A stretch of DNA of 32,000 nucleotides from Candidatus Saccharimonadota bacterium (GTDB taxonomy: Bacteria; Pseudomonadota; Gammaproteobacteria; Enterobacterales; Enterobacteriaceae): positions 1-32,000 of the forward strand of contig NZ_LT667503.1 in NCBI RefSeq assembly GCF_900128735.1. The letters run 5' to 3'. Made by a program: the position numbers and the translations under genes. Under the pieces are notes generated by a model. The model saw only the letters and a list, made by a program, of their open reading frames with translations. It searched no databases and was not told the DNA's origin. Positions within the stretch are counted from its first letter, which is position 1; the number at the start of each line of letters is the position of its first letter. Positions 11,967 to 24,300 of the stretch are shown piece after piece.

Positions 11967-12260
11967 ATGAAAATTCGTCCATTACATGATCGGATTATTA
12001 TTAAGCGTCATGAGGTAGAATCAAAGTCTGCAGGTGGAATAGTTTTAACCGGTTCAGCTGCTGGAAAATCGACTCGCGGAGTGGTTTTATCAGTTGGTAA
12101 AGGACGTGTTTTAGATAATGGTGAAATAAAAAAGTTAGACGTAAAAGTGGGAGACGTGGTAATATTTAATGAAGGATATGGTGCAAAGATTGAAAAAATT
12201 GATAATGAAGAAGTTTTAATTCTTACAGAAAGTGATATATTAGCGATTGTTGAAGAATAA
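11967..12260 (+). CDS. groES: Co-chaperonin GroES
   Basis: 97 aa. [32 protein letters not shown] aligns with E. coli Gro[34 protein letters not shown]. Confidence 0.97.
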   Translation: MKIRPLHDRIIIKRHEVESKSAGGIVLTGSAAGKSTRGVVLSVGKGRVLDNGEIKKLDVKVGDVVIFNEGYGAKIEKIDNEEVLILTESDILAIVEE

Positions 12261-12415
12261 ATTTGATTGAGTAAAAAAGTTATTTTAATTTTTATGAATT
12301 TTTTAAAATTTTTATTGTAACGTATCAATTTTTAAAATTAATATAGTTCAAGAATCAATTTTAATATAAATTTTATAAAATTTGCTTAATTTTATAATTT
12401 TTTAATCTTTTTTGA

Positions 12416-14083
<1,668 letters not shown>

Positions 14084-14170
14084 TTATTTTTTTTGGTTAT
14101 ATTTTAAATAATAATAAATAAATGATTTTTTATTCGTTCTTTATTTTTTTTTATTATTTTGTTACTATTT

Positions 14171-14217
14171 CCTTGTTCTCAGTTTTTCAAAACAGAGAAC
14201 AAGGAGTTGTTTTTTTA
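14171..14217 (+). terminator. Rho-independent terminator of the groES-groEL operon
   Basis: Perfect 10-bp stem CCTTGTTCTC (14171-14180) / GAGAACAAGG (14195-14204), followed by GTTGTTTTTTT. Confidence 0.8.
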
Positions 14218-14240
14218 TTTATATTTTTTAGGATGTTTTT

Positions 14241-14816
14241 ATGTCTTTATATTTTAGTGGTTCTTTAAAAATAGGAAACAAAATTTTAATTACAAAAAAA
14301 CCATATGAAGTATTACATCGAGAATTTGTAAAACCAGGAAAAGGTCAAGCATTTGTACGATTAAAATTGAGAGATTTACTAAAAGGAAAATTATTTTTTA
14401 AAACTTTTAAATCTACCGATTCATTTTTATTAGCTGATATTACAGTAATTGATGTTATCTATTTATATAAAGAAACAGATGGTTTATCATGGGTTTTTAT
14501 GAATAAAAAAACGTTTAATCATCTTTCAGTACATAAAGAAAAATTATTTGGTGCTGATAAATGGTTATTTAATAATATTCAGTGTTCTATGACTTTATGG
14601 AATAATATTCCAATATTGGTTCGTATTTCTAATTTTATAGATCTTGAAGTACAAGATGTAGAATTATCAGTTAAAGGAGATACAATAAATTTTTCTAGTA
14701 AATTAGTAAAATTAGTGACTGGAACAAAGATTCGAGTTCCTTTATTCATACAAAAAGGAGATTTTATTAAAATAGACACTAGACAAGGTATTTATATATC
14801 CCGTTCTGTTGTATAA
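14241..14816 (+). CDS. efp: Elongation factor P
   Basis: 191 aa. [22 protein letters not shown] matches E. coli [22 protein letters not shown], including the modified-lysine loop. AGGA lies 7 nt upstream. Confidence 0.93.
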   Translation: [191 protein letters not shown]

Positions 14817-14838
14817 TTTCGTGTATTTGAAAAATATT

Positions 14839-15570
14839 TTAGTATTCATGACCTGTGATATTTTTTCGGTAACTATCCCATTCAAATGTGAGCCACAAGC
14901 TATTGCCTAATCTCATTCTATCAATAACACGTTCGCCTAATAATTTTTTCATATTAAAATAATTTAAATTAGATAGCATTCCAGTTGATCTTTTAGTCGA
15001 TGATCGTCGATCGATAATTTGATTAATAATAATTTTTTCATATCGCGATTCTATTTGCATGCCGATTTCATCAATCATTAATAAGTCTACTGTACTTAAT
15101 GTATGAAGTAAATCTTCTTCTGTCGTTTGACTAATTCGGTTAAATGTCTTCTTCATAGAAGACATAAGATCTGAGACCGTAACAATTAAAACACTATTTC
15201 CATGTAAAATTAAGTAATTACCAATGGCTGCCGCTAAATGGTTTTTTCCGGTTCCGGGATTTCCGGAAAATATAAAACTAGCAATATTATTTTTGAAGTT
15301 TTCTGCGTATTTTCGAGATTCTTGTAATACTTTTTTATGACCGGCATGCATAATATGATAATTTTCAAATGAGCAATTAATATATAATTCTCGAATTCCT
15401 GATCTTCCTAAAATTTTTTGCATTTTCATAGCTTGATTTTGACGAAGAATAGATTCAGATGATTTTTGTCCTTGTTTTTGGTTCCATAATAACAATTCTT
15501 TATCGTTATAAAATTTTGGTTTTATATAGTGCGGCATGATATTTTTTAGTTTTTTTAAAAAATTTTTCAT
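14839..15570 (-). CDS. dnaC: Replicative helicase loader DnaC
   Basis: 243 aa (E. coli 245). NIASFIFSGNPGTGKNHLAAAIGN, DLLMIDEIG and the C-terminal RMRLGNSLWLTFEWDSYR all align with E. coli DnaC. Confidence 0.92.
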   Translation of the reverse strand: MKNFLKKLKNIMPHYIKPKFYNDKELLLWNQKQGQKSSESILRQNQAMKMQKILGRSGIRELYINCSFENYHIMHAGHKKVLQESRKYAENFKNNIASFIFSGNPGTGKNHLAAAIGNYLILHGNSVLIVTVSDLMSSMKKTFNRISQTTEEDLLHTLSTVDLLMIDEIGMQIESRYEKIIINQIIDRRSSTKRSTGMLSNLNYFNMKKLLGERVIDRMRLGNSLWLTFEWDSYRKNITGHEY

Positions 15571-15791
15571 ATTTTTATTATTTTTGTTTATTTTTTATAT
15601 ATTGAAGGTCATTTTTAATATAAGTATCACTTATTCTTTTATTTTAATAGTATTAAGTAAAGATGTTATGGTAAGTTTAACAAAATAATTTATTTGTATG
15701 ATATAATAAAAATATTGTTATTTTATTTTTTTTTAAAATATTTTAAGAAATTATTTTTATTATTTTCATATAAATTAGCTGTTTTATTTTT

Positions 15792-16364
15792 TTATTTGGT
15801 GTTGGAAATAAAAAGTAAACATAAAATTTTACCTATTTTTTTTTTTTTAATAATAGTCCATTTTTTATATATTTCTTTTTCGATAAAGTTGATAGATTGT
15901 TCAATATAAATAATAGATTTTTTATGTAACCAATTATTTTTTTTTAATAATTTTATTGTTTTTTTTAATAATTTAAGATCATGAAATGGTGGATCTAAAA
16001 AAATTATATCAAATGGTTCTCCTTTTTTTTTTAACCATCGTGTGGTTTCGGTATGAAAAACTGATATTGAATTAATTAAAAAAGAATTGATAGTTTTCTT
16101 AAGTAAATTTACAAGTTTTTTATTAATTTCTAAAGCTGTTACTTGATAAGCTAAACGAGAAATAGATTCAATACTTAAATTTCCGCTACCAGAAAAACAA
16201 TCTAAACAGCGTTTATTTTTTATATAAGGACTTAACCAATTAAAGAGAGTTTCTTTAACGCGGTCCCCTGTAGGTCTAATATTAAAATTTTTTACTGAAT
16301 GTAATTTTCTGCCTCTAAATAGACCGCTAATAATTCGAATTTCTTTTTTATATTTTTTTTTCAT
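15792..16364 (-). CDS. rsmD: 16S rRNA m2G966 methyltransferase RsmD (YhhF)
   Basis: 190 aa. IRIISGLFRGRKL, RPTGDRVKETLFNWL, the SAM motif LDCFSGSGNLSIE and the catalytic FLDPPF all align with E. coli RsmD. Confidence 0.88.
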   Translation of the reverse strand: MKKKYKKEIRIISGLFRGRKLHSVKNFNIRPTGDRVKETLFNWLSPYIKNKRCLDCFSGSGNLSIESISRLAYQVTALEINKKLVNLLKKTINSFLINSISVFHTETTRWLKKKGEPFDIIFLDPPFHDLKLLKKTIKLLKKNNWLHKKSIIYIEQSINFIEKEIYKKWTIIKKKKIGKILCLLFISNTK

Positions 16365-16417
16365 TTTATATTTTTAGTAATATTATATCTTACATTAATA
16401 AAATTTTAAGGGATAAT

Positions 16418-16535
16418 ATGTCAGATAATAAAAAAAATTTTTTTTTTAAAATGGATTAATTTTAAAAAAAAAGAGTCTAAACCTACAGTATGTCAAGTAA
16501 ATCAAAAAAACAATCGAAAAAACTCTATTTTTTCT
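16418..16535 (+). other. ftsY: Out-of-frame ancestral 5' end of ftsY (SD plus ATG plus conserved N-terminal peptide), interrupted in an A8T10 homopolymer
   Basis: AAGGGA (16408-16413) lies 4 nt before the ATG at 16418. As written, the reading is MSDNKKNFFFKMD-stop (stop at 16457-16459). The ftsY frame is open back to 16410 but has no ATG and no SD before 16536. Removing one base from A8 (16430-16437) or T10 (16438-16447) gives MSDNKKNFFLKWINFKKKESKP, against E. coli FtsY MAKEKKRGFFSWLGFGQKEQTP. Confidence 0.7.
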
Positions 16536-17465
16536 ATGATTTCAAAAAATATAATAGTTGATAAATTGAAAAATTGTTTTTTAAAGACTAAAAAAATATT
16601 TACCAAGAAAATAAATGATATTTTTTCGATTCAGTCATTAGATCAAAATACTTTTGATAAATTAGAGAAATTATTGTTGTTGTCTGATTTTGGTGTTTCT
16701 ACTACCGAAAAAATTCTTGTAAAATTTAAAAAGAAATTAAAAAAGAAAAAAATTATTGATTCAAAACAAGCAATTATTATTTTTAAAAATCTATTATTAA
16801 ATATTTTAAAAAAAGTTAATGCATCGCCTAGCATAATTCATAGTATGTTTTTACCATATATTATTTTAATTATTGGGGTAAATGGTGTCGGAAAGACAAC
16901 TACTATTGCAAAATTAGCTTATTATTATAAAAAAAAAGGTAAGTCAGTTGTGTTATCTGCCGCTGATACTTTTCGAGCAGCAGCTATTGATCAGATAAAT
17001 GCATTAGGTAAAAAATTTAACATACCTGTTATTTCTCGTGCTTCTGGAACTGATCCAGCCTCTGTTGTTTTTGATTCTATTAAAGAAGCGAAAATGATGA
17101 AATCAGATATATTAATTATAGATACCGCGGGACGTTTACATAATAAATCACATTTATTGGATGAATTAAAAAAAATTACTCGGATAATAAAGAAGTTTGA
17201 TGTGTTAGCACCTCATGAAATTATTTTAATTATTGATTCTGGAACTGGGCAAAATTCTATCCAACAGACTAAATTATTTCATAGTAATATTGGTGTTAAT
17301 AGTATTATTGCTACCAAGTTAGACGGAACCGCTAAAGGAGGAATTATTTTTTCTATAATTAATCGTTTTAAAATTCCAATTAATTTTATTAGTACTGGAG
17401 AAAAAATTACAGATCTAAAGAAATTTAATGGTGAAATATTTATTGAAGAACTTTTTGAAAATTAA
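16536..17465 (+). CDS. ftsY: Signal recognition particle receptor FtsY (NG domain; acidic A domain almost entirely absent)
   Basis: 309 aa as an intact ORF. IIGVNGVGKTTTIAKLA, AADTFRAAAIDQ, DTAGRLHNKSHLLDELKKI and TKLDGTAKGG align with the E. coli FtsY NG domain. See the separate feature and finding on the true start. Confidence 0.9.
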   Translation: MISKNIIVDKLKNCFLKTKKIFTKKINDIFSIQSLDQNTFDKLEKLLLLSDFGVSTTEKILVKFKKKLKKKKIIDSKQAIIIFKNLLLNILKKVNASPSIIHSMFLPYIILIIGVNGVGKTTTIAKLAYYYKKKGKSVVLSAADTFRAAAIDQINALGKKFNIPVISRASGTDPASVVFDSIKEAKMMKSDILIIDTAGRLHNKSHLLDELKKITRIIKKFDVLAPHEIILIIDSGTGQNSIQQTKLFHSNIGVNSIIATKLDGTAKGGIIFSIINRFKIPINFISTGEKITDLKKFNGEIFIEELFEN

Positions 17466-17585
17466 TCGGTGAAAAAAATTTTTTTTATTTTTTTTTGGTT
17501 CAGTATAAAGATATTTTTTTTAGAAAATTATGATTTTATTTTGAATAAAAGTATCTTTTTTTGATTAATATATGGTTATATTCTA

Positions 17586-18464
17586 ATGAAAAATATAAAA
17601 GAAAAGATGATTTCTACCAATTCGGTAAATATTGGTAGCTTAGATGCATACGTTCGTTTAGCTAATTCCTTTCCTATGTTAACAGAAAAACAAGAAAAAT
17701 TACTTCTTAAGAAACTTTTTTTTTATAATGATATCGAATCAGTAAAATTATTGATTTTATCTCATCTTCGTTTTGTAATATATATTGCAAAAAATTATTC
17801 TGGTTATGGTTTACCAAAAGCCGATTTAATTCAAGAAGGAAATATTGGTTTAATGAAAGCTATTAGAAGGTTTAATATAAATTTTAAAGTTCGGTTAGTT
17901 TCATTTGCAGTACATTGGATAAAATCAGAAATTCATGAATATGTTTTAAGAAATTGGAGAATTGTTAAAGTTGCTACAACTAAAGCACAACGTAAACTTT
18001 TTTTTAATTTAAGAAAAAAAAAAAAACGATTAGGTTGGTTTAATACTGATGAAGTTAATATAGTCGCTAATCAATTAGGTGTTACTCAACGAGAAGTAAA
18101 AGAGATGGAATCACGTATGTCAGCTCAGGATATAACATTAGATTGTCTACCTAATGATATTTGTTCTGATCATTTATCTTATCGACATTCTTCTTCTTCA
18201 GTATATTTAGAAGATAAAAAATCAAATTTTGCATTAGATATTGAAGAAAATAATTGGGATATACATACCAATCATAAGCTTAGTAATGCATTATTAATTT
18301 TAGATGAAAGAAGTCAGCAGATTATTAAGCGCCGTTGGTTATATCAGGACCGCCAGAAAATGACATTGCAATCCCTTGCAAGAGATTATGGAATTTCAGC
18401 GGAACGCGTGCGACAACTAGAAAAAAATGCTATGAAGAAATTAAAATTAGCTATTGAAACATAA
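17586..18464 (+). CDS. rpoH: RNA polymerase heat-shock sigma factor sigma32
   Basis: 292 aa. [42 protein letters not shown], the RpoH box [21 protein letters not shown] and the C-terminal [17 protein letters not shown] are near-identical to E. coli RpoH. The start could instead be the Met at codon 8. Confidence 0.95.
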   Translation: MKNIKEKMISTNSVNIGSLDAYVRLANSFPMLTEKQEKLLLKKLFFYNDIESVKLLILSHLRFVIYIAKNYSGYGLPKADLIQEGNIGLMKAIRRFNINFKVRLVSFAVHWIKSEIHEYVLRNWRIVKVATTKAQRKLFFNLRKKKKRLGWFNTDEVNIVANQLGVTQREVKEMESRMSAQDITLDCLPNDICSDHLSYRHSSSSVYLEDKKSNFALDIEENNWDIHTNHKLSNALLILDERSQQIIKRRWLYQDRQKMTLQSLARDYGISAERVRQLEKNAMKKLKLAIET

Positions 18465-18867
18465 AAAAATTATTTTTTTAAATATTAAATAAATAAAAAT
18501 TATTTTTTTTTTAGCTAAAAAAAGTAAAATAATTTTTTGTTTTTATATATATAGTGTGAGTAATCAATTTTTATAAAAAAATTATAAATTATTATATTTA
18601 GTAAAATAAAATTTTTATTTTTTTGTATTTTTTAAAAAAATTTATTAAGGTTGTTTTATTTTATAAAATCACATACTATTACTATATAAAATATTTTTTG
18701 AATAAAAAATTTTTAATTTTTTATAAAAAATATATAGAATATATAAATGAAAATTTATTTTTAAAAAAAATATTTTTTTAATCAAGTATATAATTTTATA
18801 TATTTATTTTTATATTAATCAAAATAATAATAATATTTAGATATTATAATAAATTAGGAAAATATAT

Positions 18868-21150
18868 ATGAGTATTAAAAATCATATACTTGGATTTCCT
18901 AGAATTGGTTTTTATCGTGAGTTAAAATTTGCTCAAGAAAATTACTGGTCTGGAAAATCCACCTTAAATGATCTTTTATTAGTCGGAAAAGATATAAGAA
19001 AAAAAAATTGGGAATCACAATTTAATCATGGAATAGATGTTGTTTCTGTAGGTGATTTTGCTTGGTACGATCATATGCTGAATACTAGTATGATGATAGG
19101 AAATATACCTCAAAGACATATTGGTAATGAAAAAGTATTAACCATAGATACTTTATTTCGTGTGGCGCGTGGTGTAACTTCCACTAAAGAAGTATGTTCT
19201 GCATCAGAAATGACAAAATGGTTTAATACAAATTATCATTATATTGTTCCTGAATTAATAAAAAATCAAAAATTTTCATTTGTTTGGAAACAGATACTGG
19301 AAGAAAGTGATGAAGCTTTAGCTTTAGGGTTTAAAATTAAACCTGTTTTAATTGGACCATTAACATATCTTTGGTTAAGTAAAATAGTTGGTCAAGATTT
19401 TAATAAATTAGATTTACTATCTTCTTTATTAGTAGTATATCGTGATATATTAAGCGAATTTGAAAAAAGAAATATTAGTTGGGTTCAAATAGATGAGCCT
19501 ATTTTAGCGTTAGATTTACCTTCGGAATGGAAAAAAGCATTTCAAGTAGCTTATACTTATCTTCATAGTAAGCAAAAGATTTTATTAACTACGTATTTTG
19601 GTGATATTACGCATAACTTAGATTTTATTAAATTATTACCAATCGATGGGTTACATTTTGATTTAATATCTGGAAAATATAATTTATTTGATTTAAATCA
19701 AACTTTTAATAAAAAAATATTATTTTCATTGGGTATTATTAATGGACGTAATATTTGGAAGTCTAATGTTTTAGAATGGTTTAATATTTTAAAATCTTTT
19801 ATGAATCTTCGAGAGACTTTTTGGATCGGATCTTCATGTTCTTTGTTACATGTTCCTATCGACCTTAATATAGAAAAAAATTTAACTGATCTTGTAAAAG
19901 GGTGGTTATCTTTTGGTTTGCAAAAATGTGATGAGTTATCTTTATTAACTCAAACTTTAAATAGTAAAAAACAATCCACAAAAAAATTAAAAAATTGGAT
20001 TCAACCTATAATATCACGTCAATCTTCTACTGTAGTAAATAATTTTAATGTTCAAAAACGTATTACACAAATTTCTTTAGAAGCAACAAAAAGAAAAAGT
20101 TCATATGTTTTACGTGCGGTGCAACAAAAGAACTCTTTAGATTTACCTATTTTACCTACTACTACAATTGGTTCTTTTCCTCAAACTTCTGATATTAGGC
20201 AATTGCGTTTAGATTATAAAAATCATCTGATTAGCAAAATTAATTATGAAAAAAAAATTAAAGCGCATATTAAAAATATCATTATACAACAAGAAAAATT
20301 TGGTTTAGATGTATTGGTTCATGGGGAACCGGAACGTAATGACATGGTAGAGTATTTTAGTGATTATTTAGAAGGTTTTGCTTTTACAGAATATGGATGG
20401 GTTCAAAGCTTTGGATCTCGTTGTGTAAAACCTCCTATTATAGTAGGAGATATTAGTCGCATTACACCAATTACAGTTCCATGGTCTAAATATGCACAGT
20501 CGTTAACTTCAAAACCTGTTAAAGGCATGTTAACTGGACCGGTAACAATTTTATGTTGGTCTTTTCCAAGAGAAGATATTTCTAAAGAGGTTATTGCTAA
20601 ACAAATTGCTTTAGCATTACGTGATGAAGTAAAAGATTTAGAAGAAGTTGGAATTAAAATTATTCAAATTGATGAACCAGCATTACGAGAAGGTTTGCCG
20701 TTGCGTAAAAATGATTGGGATAATTATTTACGCTGGGCTGTAGAAGCATTTAAGCTAAGTTCTTCTGGAGTTAAAGATAGTACGCAGATTCATACTCATA
20801 TGTGTTATTGTAAGTTTAATGATATTATGCCGGCTATTGCTGCATTAGATGTTGATGTTATTACAATTGAAACTTCTAGATCGGAAATGAAATTATTAAA
20901 ATTTTTTAAAATGTTTGATTATCCAAATGAAATTGGTCCAGGTATTTACGATATTCATTCTCCCACTATCCCTTCAGTTAAATGTATGGAAGAACGTATA
21001 TTATTAGCGTTAAATTTCATTACTAAAGAAAGATTATGGGTGAATCCTGATTGTGGCTTAAAAACTCGTACGTGGCTAGAGACTTCATTATCATTACAAA
21101 ATATGATGCAAGCTGTACAAAATATCCGTACCAGTTTTCAAAATAAATAA
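18868..21150 (+). CDS. metE: Cobalamin-independent methionine synthase
   Basis: 760 aa (E. coli 753). MSIKNHILGFPRIGFYRELKFAQENYW, MTKWFNTNYHYIVPE and the C-terminal zinc-site region HTHMCYC...NPDCGLKTR align with E. coli MetE. Confidence 0.95.
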   Translation: MSIKNHILGFPRIGFYRELKFAQENYWSGKSTLNDLLLVGKDIRKKNWESQFNHGIDVVSVGDFAWYDHMLNTSMMIGNIPQRHIGNEKVLTIDTLFRVARGVTSTKEVCSASEMTKWFNTNYHYIVPELIKNQKFSFVWKQILEESDEALALGFKIKPVLIGPLTYLWLSKIVGQDFNKLDLLSSLLVVYRDILSEFEKRNISWVQIDEPILALDLPSEWKKAFQVAYTYLHSKQKILLTTYFGDITHNLDFIKLLPIDGLHFDLISGKYNLFDLNQTFNKKILFSLGIINGRNIWKSNVLEWFNILKSFMNLRETFWIGSSCSLLHVPIDLNIEKNLTDLVKGWLSFGLQKCDELSLLTQTLNSKKQSTKKLKNWIQPIISRQSSTVVNNFNVQKRITQISLEATKRKSSYVLRAVQQKNSLDLPILPTTTIGSFPQTSDIRQLRLDYKNHLISKINYEKKIKAHIKNIIIQQEKFGLDVLVHGEPERNDMVEYFSDYLEGFAFTEYGWVQSFGSRCVKPPIIVGDISRITPITVPWSKYAQSLTSKPVKGMLTGPVTILCWSFPREDISKEVIAKQIALALRDEVKDLEEVGIKIIQIDEPALREGLPLRKNDWDNYLRWAVEAFKLSSSGVKDSTQIHTHMCYCKFNDIMPAIAALDVDVITIETSRSEMKLLKFFKMFDYPNEIGPGIYDIHSPTIPSVKCMEERILLALNFITKERLWVNPDCGLKTRTWLETSLSLQNMMQAVQNIRTSFQNK

Positions 21151-21156
21151 ATTTTT

Positions 21157-21217
21157 TTCCACTAAACATAATATAATAATTTCTTATTATTTATTTTTAT
21201 TTAGTGGAATCTTTTTT
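21157..21217 (+). terminator. Candidate metE terminator (10-bp stem, unusually large loop, T-run)
   Basis: TTCCACTAAA (21157-21166) is the exact reverse complement of TTTAGTGGAA (21200-21209). The loop is 33 nt and is followed by TCTTTTTT. The large loop lowers my confidence. Confidence 0.45.
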
Positions 21218-21333
21218 AAGCAAATTAATTTTTATATTTTTTGTTCATTCAGTGATTTTTTTTTATTTTATTTTTTTATAAAGGTTTTTTCAGCTTTTAT
21301 TTGAATAATAAATTTTTTCTTGTTTATTAGATT

Positions 21334-24300
21334 TTATTTAGGTCTTTCTGCAGAATTTAAAAGTTCTGATAAATTAGCTGCTGCTTCTTCGGCACTAGAA
21401 GATAATATAGTGTGATCGTTTTTTTTTGTGGTTTTTGAAGAATTTTTTTCTAGACGATTTTTTGTTCTATTTTTATGATAAGAGTATCCAGTTCCGGCAG
21501 GTATTAATCTTCCAACAATAACGTTTTCTTTTAATCCTCTTAATTCATCTTTTTTTCCAGCGACTGCAGATTCTGTTAATACTCGGGTTGTTTCTTGAAA
21601 AGATGCAGCAGAAATAAATGATTCAGTAGCTAAAGATGCTTTTGTAATACCTAATAAATCTCTTAAAAAAATCGCCGGTTTTTTCCCTTTTTGTTCTAGT
21701 TTTTTATTTTTTATAATTATTTGAGAATAAGCTAATTGTTCGCCTGGTAAAAAATTAGAATTTCCAGAATTTAAGATAGTGGCTTTACGTAACATTTGAC
21801 GTAAAATAACTTCAATATGTTTATCATTAATTTTTACTCCTTGTAATCTATATACTTCTTGTACTTCATTTACTATATATTTTGTGACGGCTTGGACACC
21901 TCTGAGTCGAAGTATATCATGTGGTGATTCCGGGCCATCCGAAATAACATCACCTTTTTCAACTCGTTCTCCTTCAAAGACATTTAATTGACGCCATTTT
22001 GGAATCATTTCTTCATGAGTATTGTTTCCAGTCGGTGGCGTTAATATTAATCTCCTTTTTCCTTTTGTTTCTTTTCCAAATGAAATTATTCCACTAATTT
22101 CAGCTAAAATAGCTAATTCTTTTGGTTTTCTAGCCTCAAATAAATCAGCTACTCTTGGTAATCCACCAGTAATATCTTTTGTTCCTCCAGATTCTTGTGG
22201 TACTCTAGCCAGAGTATCTCCAGAAGAAATTTTTATACCATTTTCTAATTGTATAATAGCTTTTCCTGGTAAAAAATATTGAGCTGGCATATCAGTCCCT
22301 GGAATAAAAATATCATATCCTTGTTTACTAATTATTTTTAATGACGGTCGTAAATCTTTACCTATGATAGTTCTTTCCGAAATATCTAATATTACGACTG
22401 AGGATAACCCGGTTAATTCATCTGTTTGTCGTATGACGCTTTGCCCATCTACCATATCTATAAATTTTATATACCCACTAACTTCTGTAATTACGGGAAT
22501 AGTATGTGGGTCCCATTTTGCTATAATTTCGCCGGCTTGTACGGATTCTCCTTCCCCTTTTGCTAAAACAGCTCCGTATGGAATTTTATAGCTTTCTTGG
22601 GTTTTTCCGAATTCATCTATTGTTTTTAGTTCAATATTTCTAGATGTAATAATAATTTTCTTATTTGAATTAATAATAAATTTGGAATTGCTTAAGTGAA
22701 TTGTGCCATTTTTTCGTACTTGTATACTAGACTCTAATGCTGACCTAGATGCTGCTCCGCCAATATGAAATGTTCGCATGGTTAATTGAGTTCCAGGTTC
22801 TCCTATTGATTGAGCAGCTATCACCCCAATCGCTTCGCCTTTTTTTACTAAAGTACCGCGAGCTAAATCACGTCCATAACAATAAGCGCATACACCAAAA
22901 ATAGTTTCACAATTTACTACAGATCTTACCTTTATTTTATCAATAAAATATTTTTCTAAAAGATCACACCATTTTTCATGTAATAAAGTATTTCTAGGAA
23001 TGATAGTTTTTTTGGTATTAGGTTTTAGTATATTTTCAGCTGTTAACCTTCCTAAAACTCTTTCTCTTAATGTTTCCTTGATATCACCGCCTTCAATTAA
23101 AGAGTGCATAATAATACCTTCAGAAGTCTGACAATCATCTTCGGTTACAACTAAATCTTGAGCTACGTCTACTAATCGGCGAGTTAAGTAACCGGAATTA
23201 GCAGTTTTTAATGCTGTGTCTGCTAATCCTTTACGAGCTCCATGAGTAGAAATAAAATATTGAAGTACATTTAATCCTTCTCGAAAATTAGCTGTAATAG
23301 GAGTTTCAATAATAGATCCATCTGGTTTAGCCATTAATCCTCTCATACCGGCTAACTGCCTAATTTGAGCTGCCGATCCTCTAGCACCTGAATCAGCCAT
23401 CATAAAAATATTATTGAATGATGCTTGTTTTCTCTTTTTTCCTTTTTTATCGATAATGATATTGGTAGATAAATTTTTCATCATGGCGCGGGCCACTTTT
23501 TCATTAGCAACTGCCCAGATATCAATAATTTTGTTGTATCGTTCTCCAAATGTTACTAAACCTGTTTGAAATTGTTCATGTATTTCTGATACTTCATATT
23601 CTGCTTCTGCTATTATTTCTGTTTTTTCTTTAGGGATAACTATATCATCTATCCCGACAGAGGCACCAGATCGTGCTGCATAATTAAATCCTATATACAT
23701 AATTTGATCAGCAAAATTTACCGTTTTTTTTAATCCTAAAATACGATAGCAGTAATTTAATAATCCTGAAATATCAGATTTTCCTAAGGTTTTATTAACT
23801 AAATTAAACGATAAGCCCTGAGGTACAATATTCCAAAATATTGCTCTTCCAATTGTGGTATCTACTATTTTATTTTTTATAATTTTTTGTTTTTCTTTTG
23901 TATTATTAGAGCAGTATTCTTTAATTCTGATACGTACTTTAGAATGTAATTCTGCTATTCCTAACATATATACTCGTTCTGCTTCTTTAGATCCTGATAA
24001 TAACATTCCTTCTCCTTTTCCATTAATCTTTTCTCGTGTCATATAATAAATTCCAAGAACAACATCTTGTGAAGGCACGATAATAGGTTCGCCATTAGCG
24101 GGAGATAAAATATTATTTGTAGACATCATGAGAGAACGTGCTTCTAATTGAGCTTCTTCAGTTAAAGGAATATGAATTGCCATTTGATCACCATCAAAAT
24201 CAGCATTATATGCAGCACATACTAAGGGGTGTAATTGGATTGCTTTTCCTTCAATTAAAATCGGTTCAAATGCTTGTATTCCTAGACGATGTAAAGTAGG

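Noticed and set aside
15694-15909. 71-aa hydrophobic ORF (TTG start) in the dnaC-rsmD spacer, at first glance a small membrane protein or dnaT relic
   Set aside because: More than half of it overlaps the 3' end of rsmD on the opposite strand. Its composition (F/L/I/K/Y) is what T-rich DNA gives in any frame. It has no Shine-Dalgarno and no resemblance to DnaT.
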